A DNA stretch of 64,000 nt from Marsupella aquatica (Eukaryota > Plantae > Marchantiophyta): the NCBI GenBank assembly GCA_973895155.1, contig OZ316897.1, forward strand, positions 13,887,375 to 13,951,374, given 5' to 3'. The translations under genes and the position numbers were made by a program. Within the stretch, counting starts at the first letter, position 1, and each line of letters starts with the position of its first letter. The notes beneath the pieces were generated by a model. That model saw only the letters and a list, made by a program, of their open reading frames with translations. It searched no databases and had not been told where the DNA came from. Shown in pieces: positions 12,431 to 25,376 of this stretch.

Positions 12431-14618
12431 ACAATACATATATTGCATTGTGAAAGACCATGAATGAAATGGCACCCAAAAGATTGGGCAGAAAAGAGCT
12501 TACTATAAGTATTAAGAACAGTAATAAGTTCCTGAAAGCCTGGACCACGGACAGGACATGATGAACTGATCGGGGATGGACTCTACAGTAGACCAAAACA
12601 TCTGGAAACAAATCACTCTATACCATGATAAATCTGTTTATTTTCTTTAAATAAATGAGTGCAAACTTATATGACCACATTTTTTAATGTGTGATTAGAT
12701 GTGTAATTACCCACAGTGATTTTATAGTTATGAGCACTATTTTATTTTCAGTAACTCGCTTTCATCGTTCCATAATCTTATATATCAGTCCATGGACGGT
12801 CTACAGTCTACACCAAAAGACACCAGGAGACCCGCCGCACAAACGAGATCACTGGCGAATCTATTCTAGGAATGGAACAAGAGTGGAACTGTGGACGACC
12901 TCACTTTGCTCAATGGAAATCCCCGCAAGCTCGAGGAGACGGCAGATACTACGGTAGTATTCAGCAGCTACTGCACTCTTGCGTCCAACAAAGGTGGAGA
13001 GCGCGAGAGAGAATGCCCTGGCTCATAAATGATTCATAAATGGTAGTCTGTGATTAATTGAGGCGCCCATGATTAGTAACTCCCATAAATTGAGGGGAAT
13101 GTTCATTCGTAGAGCATCGCAGAGAAACACAAAACTGAGATCGCAGATCATTTGTTTTCTTTCTTTGCCTCCCTTTCAGAAAGGTATTGTTACGCAACTT
13201 TGAACTCACGACAGTCACAGATTAAAGGACTTATTGTGTCGCACATTCCGACCTTCAGTTTCCCCGAGATTCCGCGCAGTGCTTCTGGTTATGATTTAAC
13301 TGATGGGTAGAATTGTGCTGCGCGGTTTGAAGGCACACTACGACACTGTTTGTCCCACGCGCGCACCTGCCAGGGCCCGTGAGTCCTCTGATCATCAGTC
13401 GTGCGCTCTTCAGTTCCAACGATCGCATTCTGCGGTATGCTTTCACTTCCGCAACGTGGTAAAGTGAGTGCCCGGCCCAGCCTTGAACTGGACCGGTCCT
13501 GTCGCTTAGGTCCACCTTGTGGTTGCGATATGTCATGTTGCGCATTCAAAGGCAGAAAGTCTGAAGTCCTGCAACTCCGCAACTCCGCAATTCAAGGCAC
13601 CACATTGACGAGCTGTAAGGAGTACAAGCCCGGCTGAATCCATGTCACACTTTGAGTGTTGATCCGCCCAGCCGCTGATCAAGGAGAGCCTGATTTGGCT
13701 TTAAGAATCTTTGAGCCAGTCACACTCGATCCTCTACTCTTCAGAATGATAATCACGTCGTCCCGGCCTTGCATTTAGGAAATCTAGATGGTGTCAACTA
13801 CAGTCGTGGCCCAGGATTTAAGCTGGGATTCTTAGGCACCGAGCGCGCAACACTGAGGTTGATTGGCGAGACTTCGTTCGTAGGGGTCGGGCCATTCCAC
13901 ACGGCCCGGCTACCTGGTTGTGTTGGCGTTCCCAAGAAGGAAGAGGACCTTCCGAAATGGCCAAAGCTCACTCAGATTTCCAGACCACTGCAATCATCAG
14001 AATAGGATTACAATTGGTGTGACAGTCGGACTGTCGGAGTTACTAGGGATCAGTCAACGCTGGCGTGGGTCTGGGTTCGACGTTTTGGATCATTGATGTC
14101 GATATCAAAGCAGAAAAATGGACATTGATTTCCTTGTGTTGGCAAGTACAGTTTTCTCTCCCGCAGGAGTACCGCTAGTGAATCGAACAATGTCCTTGAG
14201 AGAACCTCACTGTTTGTGGTCGAGATTACACTTGATCTTATGCAGACTATCCACGATTCATCATGATTGATTGTTATATTAGGCCGAGCTAGTTTGTCCT
14301 TTATCGAGGGCCTTGAAGATTTCTGTCCAAGTTTAAAAACTTTTACAGGAAATCTACAGTGATGCTGTCGGATCGCAGAAAGGTGACACACCAGGTGACA
14401 CCCGGAAAAAGAGGACGGGTCCCTAAAAGTCAGTGTTTCTTGTAATAAAAGCATAATTATCTCAGTGCCAAAATCCAAAAGGCGGGAGACACTATCCAAA
14501 AAGGCAGGTGACCCAATAAAGGGGGACACAAGGGAAAACGCAAGACCAAAGGACTAAAAAGCCAGAGAGGCCCAGCTCCAACACAACTACATACCAAGAA
14601 AAACTAAGAACCTAAACG

Positions 14619-14820
14619 AAAATGAATTGTTTCTCAAATGCTTTCTGAAGCCTATGTCAGTGGCAAAAGTTGCCATTTGACTACATTCCAAGCAAAGTTC
14701 AAACTGAAAAGCATGGTAGAGCCCAGGGTAGAGCTTCAGGAAAATGAAGTGTTTCTCAAATGCTTTCTGAATTCTATGTCAGTGGCAAAAGTTGCCATTT
14801 GACTACATTCCAAGCAAAGT
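14619..14820. repeat. Direct duplication of ~80 bp
   Basis: GAAAATGAA.TGTTTCTCAAATGCTTTCTGAA..CTATGTCAGTGGCAAAAGTTGCCATTTGACTACATTCCAAGCAAAGT at ~14619 and ~14740. Confidence 0.85.
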
Positions 14821-17800
14821 GATGGCTCCACATTTTTGACTGGATGAAGTCCAACTATGCTGACAATAAACCCAACTTAAGCAAGGTGCAATGTATAAAC
14901 ACTCCGAATGACATGAATATGGCTGAATGATCTCTACAAAAGGGCACACAGGCAGGTCCGCATTTTAATGAATCAAAGGCAAGTTTCAACTTTATCTGGG
15001 AGTGGAAACTTCTGCAGGGATGACTTAACTGATTAGCACCCCCAGTCAGAACCAATTCCTCCTCACCATGTGCTCAGCACTTTTGGGGGCTAAAATTGCC
15101 CAAACTGAGTAGAATATAGTTATTACTGAAGTTCATCCCAATCTTGAAAGCATACTTCTGCTTTTTTTAATGGTAGTGGGGAAGGAGACTTGCAACATGA
15201 TGTTATGGGGAGAACGTTCATCATTTTTAATTATCTCGTAATTTACAGGGTTTCTGATGCCATGGAAGTGGTGCCCATTGTCCATGGTAAACAAGACAGG
15301 GCCACTCAGGTTTAGATGATATGTGGAATAGGACTCCACTAGACTAAATTGCCCGTTGACCCTACTACCATAGATGTAGACTACCTCTTCACCAGGATGT
15401 GGGAAAGGGAGCACATGTAGTCGGCCATGACAAGAATACACCGAAATTCCACAGAATTTAGAGAAGCGCTACTGGGAAGTGGGTGTAGATTGGGGTGTCT
15501 CTTGCTAGTTTTTGCCACTGGTGTCATTTAATATATTATGGCACTCGTCCCTATAAACAAATTAGAAATTAAATCATGACCCTCCTTTCTTCCCCTTGTC
15601 CCCCACCATCTTTCCCCTTTCCTCTCTCTCCCCCTTCTCCCTCAAGTCTCCTCCCCTTCTTTTTTATTTCTTATTGAGATCCAATTATTACATGGAGTGC
15701 GACTCCCCACTAGCGTGATTGCCCTTTGACCCTATAACAGTAGACCTATCTGTTCACCAGAATATGGGAAAGGGAGCCAATGTCAATAGGCCATGACAAG
15801 AGCCAGTGCACCAAACATCCAAAGAACATGGACAAGAGATAAAACTGTAGCTTGTCATGATCGAAGCCTTTTGGGGATGCCCATCTTTACCAGACCCACG
15901 AAGTATGAGTCAATAAATAGGTGCAACTATTATTAAGGTCTCGATATAGGTAAAAGAACAATCAACTGTTCACAGCCATTAGTCTTACTGACATTAATTA
16001 TGGTGAGGCAATTTCTTGACTTCATTCATGAATTAGTGTAACTGTATATGCACGCAAATCCTTGGCCCTAGAATCCATGAGTTAGTGTAGAAAGCCCTAT
16101 TCCTTAGTGATACTAATTTCCCACTCGCACTAATCAGATATCCTACACTACTCATAGAGGTGAGGGCTGTAGGGTGTTTGAGAAGACATGGGAGAGAGTG
16201 GACTGCCATGCGCTTCCTCTCACTAGGTACGTGACCTAACCTTGTTTTGCACCAATGATGAAGTGGAATATGATTGTGTCATTCCTTTGTAATTTGCAAA
16301 AGCAGCTTCTAATCACTGCCATGTTCCTTAATTTGAAATCTAGCTTCAAAGAAGCCCAGTTGTATTTAATCAGGGGATGCTGAGAAACTATATATATAAA
16401 CTTACCAAAGAATTCTTCACTAATATGAAAACATTCAGTGATGGCATGGCAATAGTGGGACAGTCACCAAGTGTTAAGTACGTTTTGCTGCCATGTAAAA
16501 TTCTCCAGCTCCACAATTTCAAATGCCAATTATTCAGATGGTCCAGGATTATGCCTTACACGCTAGTAGTCTTATTATTCTGTTTGGGTGACTCCTCAAA
16601 ATTTGGACTTTGCAGGATATAGACTTACTCAGGCTAATTTTGGAGTGACACTATTTACCTGTGGATAAAATACTAACTGGCTAATATTATTTTCGGTGTA
16701 CAAACAAGAGCAATTCACAATGATTTGAGTATTATTTGTGTGGTTATTAAAATTTTAGGGTTGAGGGCCTATGAATCCATTTTTCAAAACTGAAAAGTGA
16801 ACTGGTCATATTTCCTTACCAAAATCCAAGCGAACCTTGCAATGACCACCAAGCCGATTTGGGAAATCGAAATTCTACAATACAGATGGCTGGGCCATTT
16901 CGGCATGGAGATCCTTTCTGACTTCGAGTGATCCAAATGATATTAACTCATTCTAATTGTGTGGAACACTAAAGTGGATATAAGGCTCAATAATAGGGGC
17001 AGGAGTGTAAGTTTGTTGACTTATGCTTCAGTAAACGAGAACGTCCCCATGCGATTTCCCATCACAATTATATCGATATCCCAGTACATGCAAGTGTTTC
17101 CTGTTGGGCCACCGAAGACTATATCGCTCACCTTCCTCACAAGAGAGTGGCTCTGAGTCATCAGGGCAACCTTTAGCATCAGTGCTGGCGCCAGAGACAT
17201 GTTTGTTCAGTGTCGAGAGCATTAATTTGCTCAAAGACAAGAGAAAAACTGCTCTCATCGACAAGAAAACTGTTCCTAAGATTCTGAAACTAAACGGGCT
17301 ACCGTGCACTGTTAGTATGCTTCACTTTAATGTTCTCTTCATGACATGTAGTACTGGGTACCCACTGACGATTCGGAGGCCTGAGTAGTAAAGGTGTGAA
17401 TCAATCAAACCTGTTTTGGAATGGGACGATGGCTCAGCGATTTTACGTACTCCATTATGAAATGTTCTGAAGTTCAATTATGGCTCTCTGGGACTTATCA
17501 CAAAGTTAACGATTAACCTGAACTACTACTTAATTGGTTTTTCGGACCTATTTCGAGATTCACTTCGCAATAAAGAAGTCCAGGAAAGCTGCATGGCTTG
17601 CGCAGCTGCCGTGCAGTCCACAATCAGCCAAACAGCTTACTTAGACTTAAAATCCGAATATTCGATATTGGTTTCAGCATTACAGAAATCTATTAATTTC
17701 AGAAGTCAGAGAAGTGATATTTGGATGGCAGAGTCATCGACAAGACGGATTTGAAAATCTCTTTGATGATCTTCAATGAGTCAATTCTGCATGATTTAGA

Positions 17801-17973
17801 TAGACTATTCTATCACATTGCGGGTCATATTGTTGTTAATCTGATCGATGGCTTAACAAGGTCCTTAAAGGCAGCTGTTGAGTTTTCATTGTTTACCAGC
17901 TAGGATCATACAAACTTTTCTCGAAAGGTTTGAATTGTTTACAATCAAATCCATCGCATCAAAAGACGAAATT

Positions 17974-18072
17974 CAGTGAATCTAGGAACCAGGTGACAAA
18001 GGAGCTAGTCAATACACCAACTCAGTGAATCTAGGAACCAGGTCACAAAGGACCTAGTACTCAATACACCAA
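17974..18072. repeat. Tandem duplication, ~50 bp x2
   Basis: TCAGTGAATCTAGGAACCAGGT.ACAAAGGA.CTAGT..TCAATACACCAA occurs twice. Confidence 0.85.
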
Positions 18073-18459
18073 ATATCTGCCCACCAAACTTGCATGCCTT
18101 ACACGCTGTTTTAGACAAATTCCGTTTGTAAAACTAGACAGCGACTACATTACAATAAGTATATACTTAACGTAATCTTGTCGAGAGGTGCTAACAACCA
18201 GGAGGTAAGCCATGACTATCTAGATCCTTAAAGGAGATGGTTGATCAGGCAACCACACCTCCAGAACACGAGATGCCCATACATAGGCAATCTGAATCAC
18301 AGCTTTACCGATTCGCTCGTAAAAAACACAATCATACTGTCAGCTCAGTTGACAGATTTTCCAACAGGACCGAATGTTGAAGTAGAAGAAAGCCAGTACT
18401 GATTTGAGTCTATGAGTAAACCAACTGTGCAATCATGTTGCGAAGAATGTTGGTCCATA

Positions 18460-18569
18460 CTGTTATCCAAACTCTCCCAAATCTTGTCAGTTTGTTTCTT
18501 CAGCTGAGTGCAGCACTGTTATCCAAACTCTCCCAAATCTTGTCAGTTGTTTCTTCAGCCGAGTGCAGC
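18460..18569. repeat. Tandem duplication, ~56 bp x2
   Basis: CTGTTATCCAAACTCTCCCAAATCTTGTCAGTT(T)GTTTCTTCAGC.GAGTGCAGC occurs twice. Confidence 0.85.
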
Positions 18570-21130
18570 TCGCAAAAAGCAGTCGGAACGGTCAGTCACT
18601 TAGAAAGAGCATGGGTAGACTTATAAACAACTAGATGAAACCAGGGTTTATTTTTATCTTTAGTTTCTGAGTAGTATGTGCGTACTGTATTGCACTGGCT
18701 TTCAAAGTGCACACATTGATTCAATGCGGAAGACATCGAATCTTCTTCACTTATGACATGCAGAAAGGAGCTTGGTCACCAGCACCCCAACGAGTAAATG
18801 TAGCACCATTCTGTACGTCCCAGATAGTGAAATTCTTAACAGTAAGGAAAACAGTGTTTCGTACAGACAAGCATATTGTCTGCAGCAAAACAGACCTTCA
18901 ATTCCTGAACCGATTTGATTGCCGTGTCAGGCAGGAAAATATTAAACAAGTTGGCTTGATCTTTCGGACAAGCCATGACCCCAATTAATTAAGAACATGG
19001 ATAAATTAACCACCCACGATAGAATTTTATCCAAAACGCGGTCGGTAGAAGATAAGCACGGGCTTGGCTGTACGCTGATTTTCCATGGACATTAAAAATA
19101 TTCTTCCAGGCAAAAGAAGAAGAAGAAGAAGAGCAGTATCGATGTCGAACACCAGGTAACCTTCACTTATAAATAATAAATAATCATAAAGTGCTCAGAA
19201 TTAATATACACCATGCATGCATATGTGATGATCACTGTTATTGCCCTCCAGCCTTTATTAGTGTACTTACTGGCCGAACAGACATCTCGTTCAAGCCAGT
19301 ACTGAAGTCTGTGAGGGAATTAATGAGAACTGGAAAATTAGACTTTGAATGTTAAATGTATACAACACTGGAAAGGTGGCCACTTGTATCATTCCGCTAC
19401 ATTAACCCGCACCCAGTCAAGACTACTGTGCTGCCACTGCAGAAGGTTCTGAAATCTAATAAACAACTTTGTTGGAATCCTCTCTTAGTCTGGAGGAAGA
19501 GTGCGTCAGCAGCCTAACTTCAACAAGAATCCAGATGCAATCCAAATTTCAATTTAGCATTTATATGAGCTTTTACTGAAATTCTTGGCTTCTTAGCCGG
19601 TGCAATCCAGACAAGACGCTACCAAGGGGGTCAAAACCTTTTGGGCTACATATTGAAACTATGGTCATTAGTACCTTACTACATATAGAAATTGCTTTGC
19701 ACTGTACTGAACCCTCGGAAGAACACTGTCTGGAAACACGAAAACTTGCGAGATGAAGTGGAATAGAGCCAAAGCAGGATTTCCAAAAGCAACGTTTGAA
19801 GATTCACTTCGATGGATAGGAATCGAAAAAGCTGCGTGCTTACAATTTACTCCACGACAATAAGTTCAATCTCTAGCGGTCTTCAGCAGCGGGCCCGGTA
19901 AAGGCAGTGTCAGCTCCGCGTACGTTGGGAGCAGCTTTGTACGTACAGTCGTACGTATCAACTGTTTATTCTTTAGCAGCTGACCCCTCACTGTTCACTG
20001 TTTTCAAACGGACTCCACTATTGCCGAAATGAATGGTAAAATAGAGGTCGCCACGACCAGCTTTCATTATCGGTACTAGGAACGCGCGCATGTCAATAGT
20101 ATACCCGTTGTCAGAGTTGCCGGACCCCTTGCTTATCCAAAATATGCCTTTCCACTTATTAAATGAGCTGTTGGGCTCAAACCTCAACTCAGGAGGTTTG
20201 AGCACCTGCGGGAGCACCGGTGATTTCTAAATTTGTTATGTGGCCCTGTTTTCCTGTGCTTCATGGATAGCTTCCATCCCTCCGTTTTTGGTTTCTCGAT
20301 CTACGCACGAGAAGAGCGTTCCCGCCAGAGACTTACAAAGTAACATCTACTTCTACTGTAGATCAAGGGGTCGACCTGGTTGCAGTTGTTGGTTTTCTGC
20401 TCACACGCTTTTGTCGAACTCGGCAGCACCCAGATACGCATGCAAGAGTCTACTCTGGTGCCACTGCACAGTGAGGGTGGCGCTCAACTCCAACTCCTCG
20501 CTAGCAACCAACAATCACCAGTTGCTCGCAGTGTTGTGGCCATGTGATGGAAGCTGGCTGGTATTAAGCGAGCGTTTGAGTACCAAAGTAAGTTGCCAAC
20601 AGAAAAGCTTGGAATTCTGCCCAAGTAGCCTGGCGCGCATCATATGCCGTGGCCCGGGATGAGCAGCAACGCCTTGCAATTCATTCAGCGTGTATAAAAC
20701 TAATTACCTGCTCCTGTAGTTCTCCCGAAAAAAAAAACAATGCAGTATTATATTTCCATATTAATAATATATGACAGAATGTCTGCATGAATGCCCACAG
20801 TAAGCAAAGTGACCCAGATCCCAGTCCTGCGCCTACGCACATGCAGATGCAAATGCTGTATTATAGCCGAGACATCGCAAAGCTTGAGAGCTAAGCTTGT
20901 CACGAGGTTGCCTGATGTTGTTCAACAAGAGTGTCATATCTTGGTCATGGGTCCCCTCTTCTCAGCACCTGCTTTTCACTCCACAGCAGCGGCCTCCTTG
21001 CATGGTGGGGTGGGGTGGGGAATCAGGAATGGGAGGGAGGAGGGAGGAGGGCCACGAGATTCTATCATGTTCTGAACAGTGCGCTGACCCCCTTCGGAAC
21101 CGTGAGTTGCGGAGTCCTGCTGTCGAGAAT

Positions 21131-21470
21131 GAAGACAATATCCCCTCTCTTGTCAAATCAGACAATCAGTTTTCAGACAATCTCCCCTCTTTATCAACTC
21201 AGACAAACAGTTCCCAGACGATCTCCCCTCTTTGTCAACTCATCAGACAATCAGTGTTCGATGAAATTGAAAGGAGAGTGTTGTCTTGTGTGACTGTTTG
21301 TGATCTTCAGTTCCAGACCATGTTTCTCCCCCAAACATTTGAAATTGTAATGAGAACCTTGACTTCTCAGACCATGTACGTTCTTCCCCCAAGCTCATAA
21401 AATTGAAAGGAGAACCTCGTCTTTGTGACTGACTGTTGTAAGTTTATCTTTATTTTCAGACCATGTTTTC
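21131..21470. repeat. Degenerate short tandem repeats
   Basis: CAGACAATCTCCCCTCTTT.TCAACTCA x3-4, followed by AAATTGAAAGGAGA...TCAGACCATGTT units. Confidence 0.65.
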
Positions 21471-22789
21471 CCCCAATCTACATGGATTCAGAAAACTGGA
21501 TTTGCAAGAATGCCCGGGTTTAGAAAACTTTGCTGGCCAATAGTTTTTGGATGTGGGAAGAATGTCCGTCCTTGGATGGGGTGTCCTGGCGGTTTTAGGG
21601 TTCACAAGCTTGGTTCATCCATGGCATCTTTCGTGTTTTCTCCCAAACTGCAATAGTTGATAATCAACAGTAATACCGGATAATTGTCACAATTTATATA
21701 ATAATTGACAATCAAATTTTACCATTCATGACCATTGACCCTAACTTGTCTGGCAACAAAAACAATTCATGATTATTTGAACTATGTTTGTGAGTAGGGA
21801 CTAGCATAGTGAGTAGGGACTAGCATAGGGAGTCTGGTATAGCATAGGGAGTCTGGTACAGGAGCCCTTCCTGAGCAGCGTTAGCAGGGGTATTCAATGC
21901 ATAGGCATGGGTACTCAGGCTAGTCAAGGCTAGTCAACATAGTCAACAGTCATATTGACAGAGTAGTATTGCTGAGTTTGGCAGCCAACAGTACGTGCTG
22001 TGTAAAATAATAATTGCAGATAGAAACATTATACTCCCTTGTCAATCCCAAATTGCACTTCATACCTAAGAGAGAGGTTCAAAATTCCAAAATTTGTCCT
22101 CTCATTAGTGAGATGCTCGGTGCAGCTAATACTTTATTCTTTGCTTTTTAGGGGAAACCAAGCCCCAGTGAAGGGAAAACCCAAAGAATATTTTTACAAT
22201 CTGTGGCACGAATATATACTGTGGGGGAATTCATTACTTTTCACCGATAGAATAGTAACGTGAATTGCCAAAAGAGTGTGGCGCACCCTCTATGTTCTAC
22301 TGTTGTAACTTTTCTCTTGTTCTTTCTTTTGTGTGGAATCGAGCCACTGAAGTACCTATTGTGTCTAGTACTCCAAGGTAATGTTCTCTTTGTCCAACTT
22401 TGAATTTGATACCGAGCAATGCAAGCAATACATCCGACCTCCCTTTTCATCCACAGAAAATAAATGTTTCAATTGAAATGGACTTTGAATTTTGCGCCTT
22501 GCTATCCTTTCCATCCATTGCAAAGATTATTCTCACATAGTAGTACTGGAGCTGCTGAAAATAGCAATAAAGAGCTATGGATGACATACTTGTAGAGAAT
22601 TTACCACTAATGGAAAGCATTGGAAATTTCACAGTTGCATAGGGAGTCACTCCAAAATATTCTTAAAGTAAATGAAGTACATGAATAATACCCAAGGACC
22701 AAGCAAGCCACACAGCAAAGTATTTTGAGAAGCCTTCAGCTCTCCAGAAAGTCAGATAAATAAGATAAAATTAATGTCCAATTCAACCT

Positions 22790-23330
22790 GCACTTTATTC
22801 AAGTATGTTGCCCTAACAATGAAAAGTAATAACCATTTGAGTCGGGCCTAATGATCTAGCTCAGATAACCAAGGCTCTGGACCTGGCATTGAAATATATT
22901 TGGCACACTGCGAAGGACAAAAAGTGCTGAACCAGGAGGGAGTATCCCAAGGCAAGAGAACCAATAAAGGGGAGCAAAATAAGTGACAGTCCCCAAGAAG
23001 ACCAAAGAGGCAAAAATGCCAAAAGCCCTGTACAAGGGCAAGAGTACTAAAACCCTACTAAGCAGTAAACTGAAAAGTCTGGTAAAATAACAGAGTAACT
23101 TAGGTAAAAGGGTCACAAAAAGGAGTATATGTAGAGACTATAAAAGTAAGAGCTTCAGCCCTCCAAAGAATAGTGAATATCTGACCCCATGTAGTGGTAG
23201 AGACCCCCATTATCTAAAGAAGATGATGAAGACAACAACTGGGAGGGCCCCCTCCACACAAGAGACTACAGATACTGAAAGAAAACAAGGGAAGATAGGG
23301 TGAAGAGCCCCAAATACCTTCAAAGCATAG
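22790..23330 (-). mobile_element. Degraded L1/LINE 3' remnant
   Basis: CTTTATTCAA (AATAAAG on minus) as at the L1 3' end at 53761. ACCAATAAAGGGG motif shared with 14511 and 57522. Composition resembles the LINE 3'UTRs at 53750-55500. Confidence 0.4.
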
Positions 23331-23870
23331 GGGAGAGTAGGGGAGAGTAGGGGAGAGTCATCCCTGTACATGCATAGGGGTATAGAGTATGCAGTGGAGG
23401 GTCAGGTCCATGCATATGCTCAAACATCAAAATATGGTAATATACCTTGTGCACTCATTAATTTGAAAATAATAATGAGATATATGAGTGATGTCATATT
23501 CTGATGTGCAATTACCCCTCAAACTGTGCTCATGTCTGAATTCAACCCTTCATCCAAACCTCGTCATTCTCCAGGGGCAAGGCCATGTAATCATGTTGGG
23601 TATAAGTGCTTCATGGTCCATGCGGATCCTTCCCATGTGGGTGCCTTCAGGGCATTGGCCTATATATATATGAAACTGCTGCAAATTAAAGAGAAAGGTC
23701 TACAGGAACTCTTCCCACAATTATGAACTGTTCCTCACTGAAATTGGATATATAATTATACCAAGGTTCAATGACACCTAACTGGCCCTAATACGTGTGC
23801 ACACAGGAAGGGCTCCCCATACTCACAACGATAGTCTTAATATGGGGCACTTGAAACAAAAGAGAATTTC

Positions 23871-24310
23871 CAGTTGACACCTCTTGTTACATCAGTTTGC
23901 ACCGAAAGGCTGTCTATGCTAGCGAAGGAGGGTGTAGGGTTTACATTTTGCACTTGAGTAGGGGAATAAGAGGGTTTAGTGATGACAGTCGACATCTCGT
24001 CTTACATCAGTTTGAACGGAAATTCTGCCTATGACAGCACTTCAAAAGAGGTTTTTACAGTTTACACCTCGTCTTACGTCAGTTTGCACTGAAATTCTGT
24101 CTTTGAGAGCACTGCGAAAGAGGGTTTGCAGTTTGAAGCTTACACCTCCGCTTACATCTGCTTGCACAGAAAGTCTGTCGATGGGAAAGAGGGTTTACAG
24201 TTTACGCCTCTTCTTACATCAGTTTGCGTTGAAAATGTGTCTATGGGAAAGAGGGTTTACAGTATACACCTCTTCTTACATCAGTTTTCTCGGAAAGTCT
24301 GTCTCTGGAA
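23871..24310. repeat. Minisatellite, ~6 units of ~62-72 bp, directly upstream of the microprotein gene
   Basis: Consensus GAGGGTTTACAGTTTACACCTCTTCTTACATCAGTTTGCAC.GAAA.TCTGTCTATG. Confidence 0.85.
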
Positions 24311-24459
24311 GCACTTGAAGTCTTGGACATGAAATCGTAGAGCATTCAATCACTCGGTCGTTCATTCAATCATTCATTCCTCTTCAGGATTCGTATCACT
24401 GTGGCGGTGTTGATTGCTTAGCGAATCCTGCGATCGACCGACTGACCCACAAAAAAGTC

Positions 24460-25376
24460 ATGGAGTTGGAGTCCGCCGATCAGGAGAAAATGAGGGTCGT
24501 GCAAGCAGAAGTCAAGCGCATGAAACTGCTGCCCGCCTCCAGTGCGTACGCCATCCACCGACTGCGGGTGCTCAACAAGATGACGCAAATACTGTCGGTG
24601 GCGCCTGAGGTACGGTGTTTTGGGCATCGAATAATGTGCTGCATACTCTCTCGCTACTTTCTGGAATTCTTTTCTGAATGACGATTGTGTAGTCAGCTGT
24701 TTTCACGAACGATGCATGTCTCTCTGTTGGCTTACATTATTTCACCAACGTGACTCCCGTTGCTGGCTTGAGATGCGTCAATTAGGGTATCCATCTTTGG
24801 TTGTTTAGGGTTTTTCTCCTCTGTAAATCCTAGGCCTTTTTTCTTCGATGACTTGGCACTGACGATGTGTCTAATCTCGAGACCCAAGAAAGTCGTAGAC
24901 AGTACGTATGGCAATTTTCATATGACTGCCAGTGTATCGCTGATTTTCAAACCTACGTTTTCCCAATCGAAATCTGTGGGCACGTCGATGTGGTAATCAT
25001 GAAATGTAATGGGGACAAGTTGAGGTTTATTTACATGAAGAAATTAATACCCTTCTGACAACATTGTTTTAGGTGAGTTGGTACCCCTAATTGTTTTCAA
25101 GCCCTGCTGTTGGATCCCAAACACACTGTTTCTTCGTTTTTGTTCACTCTCCCCGAATAATAATACTGATTGAATTAGGCTCAATTGTCAACCAGATGTC
25201 TCGTCAGAAAACCGGGTCGGAATTATGAACCCTCGTTTCTTTATTAGATTTGAGGTAGAACTATGGACTGGGATCGCTTGCCACAGGACTCATTTTGTAC
25301 GATTCTGGATTTGCAGAAGAGGAGTAAAGTTGAACTGGACGAATTGGAACAATTGTTTGCTGGACTGTCCTTCTAA
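24460..25376 (+). CDS. Conserved small plant protein of unknown function, 69 aa, 2 exons (24460-24609, 25317-25376)
   Basis: Exon 1 MELESADQEKMRVVQAEVKRMKLLPASSAYAIHRLRVLNKMTQILSVAPE|GTACGG. Phase-0 intron to TTGCAG|. Exon 2 KRSKVELDELEQLFAGLSF*. Matches from memory the plant motif LP..S.YA.HR.RVLNK...EELE.LFAGLS. Confidence 0.85.

Noticed and set aside
13000-14450. GC-richer, gene-like region with splice-like signals and several short ORFs
   Set aside because: No frame gave a recognisable protein. It could be a lncRNA or decayed gene but this is unsupported.
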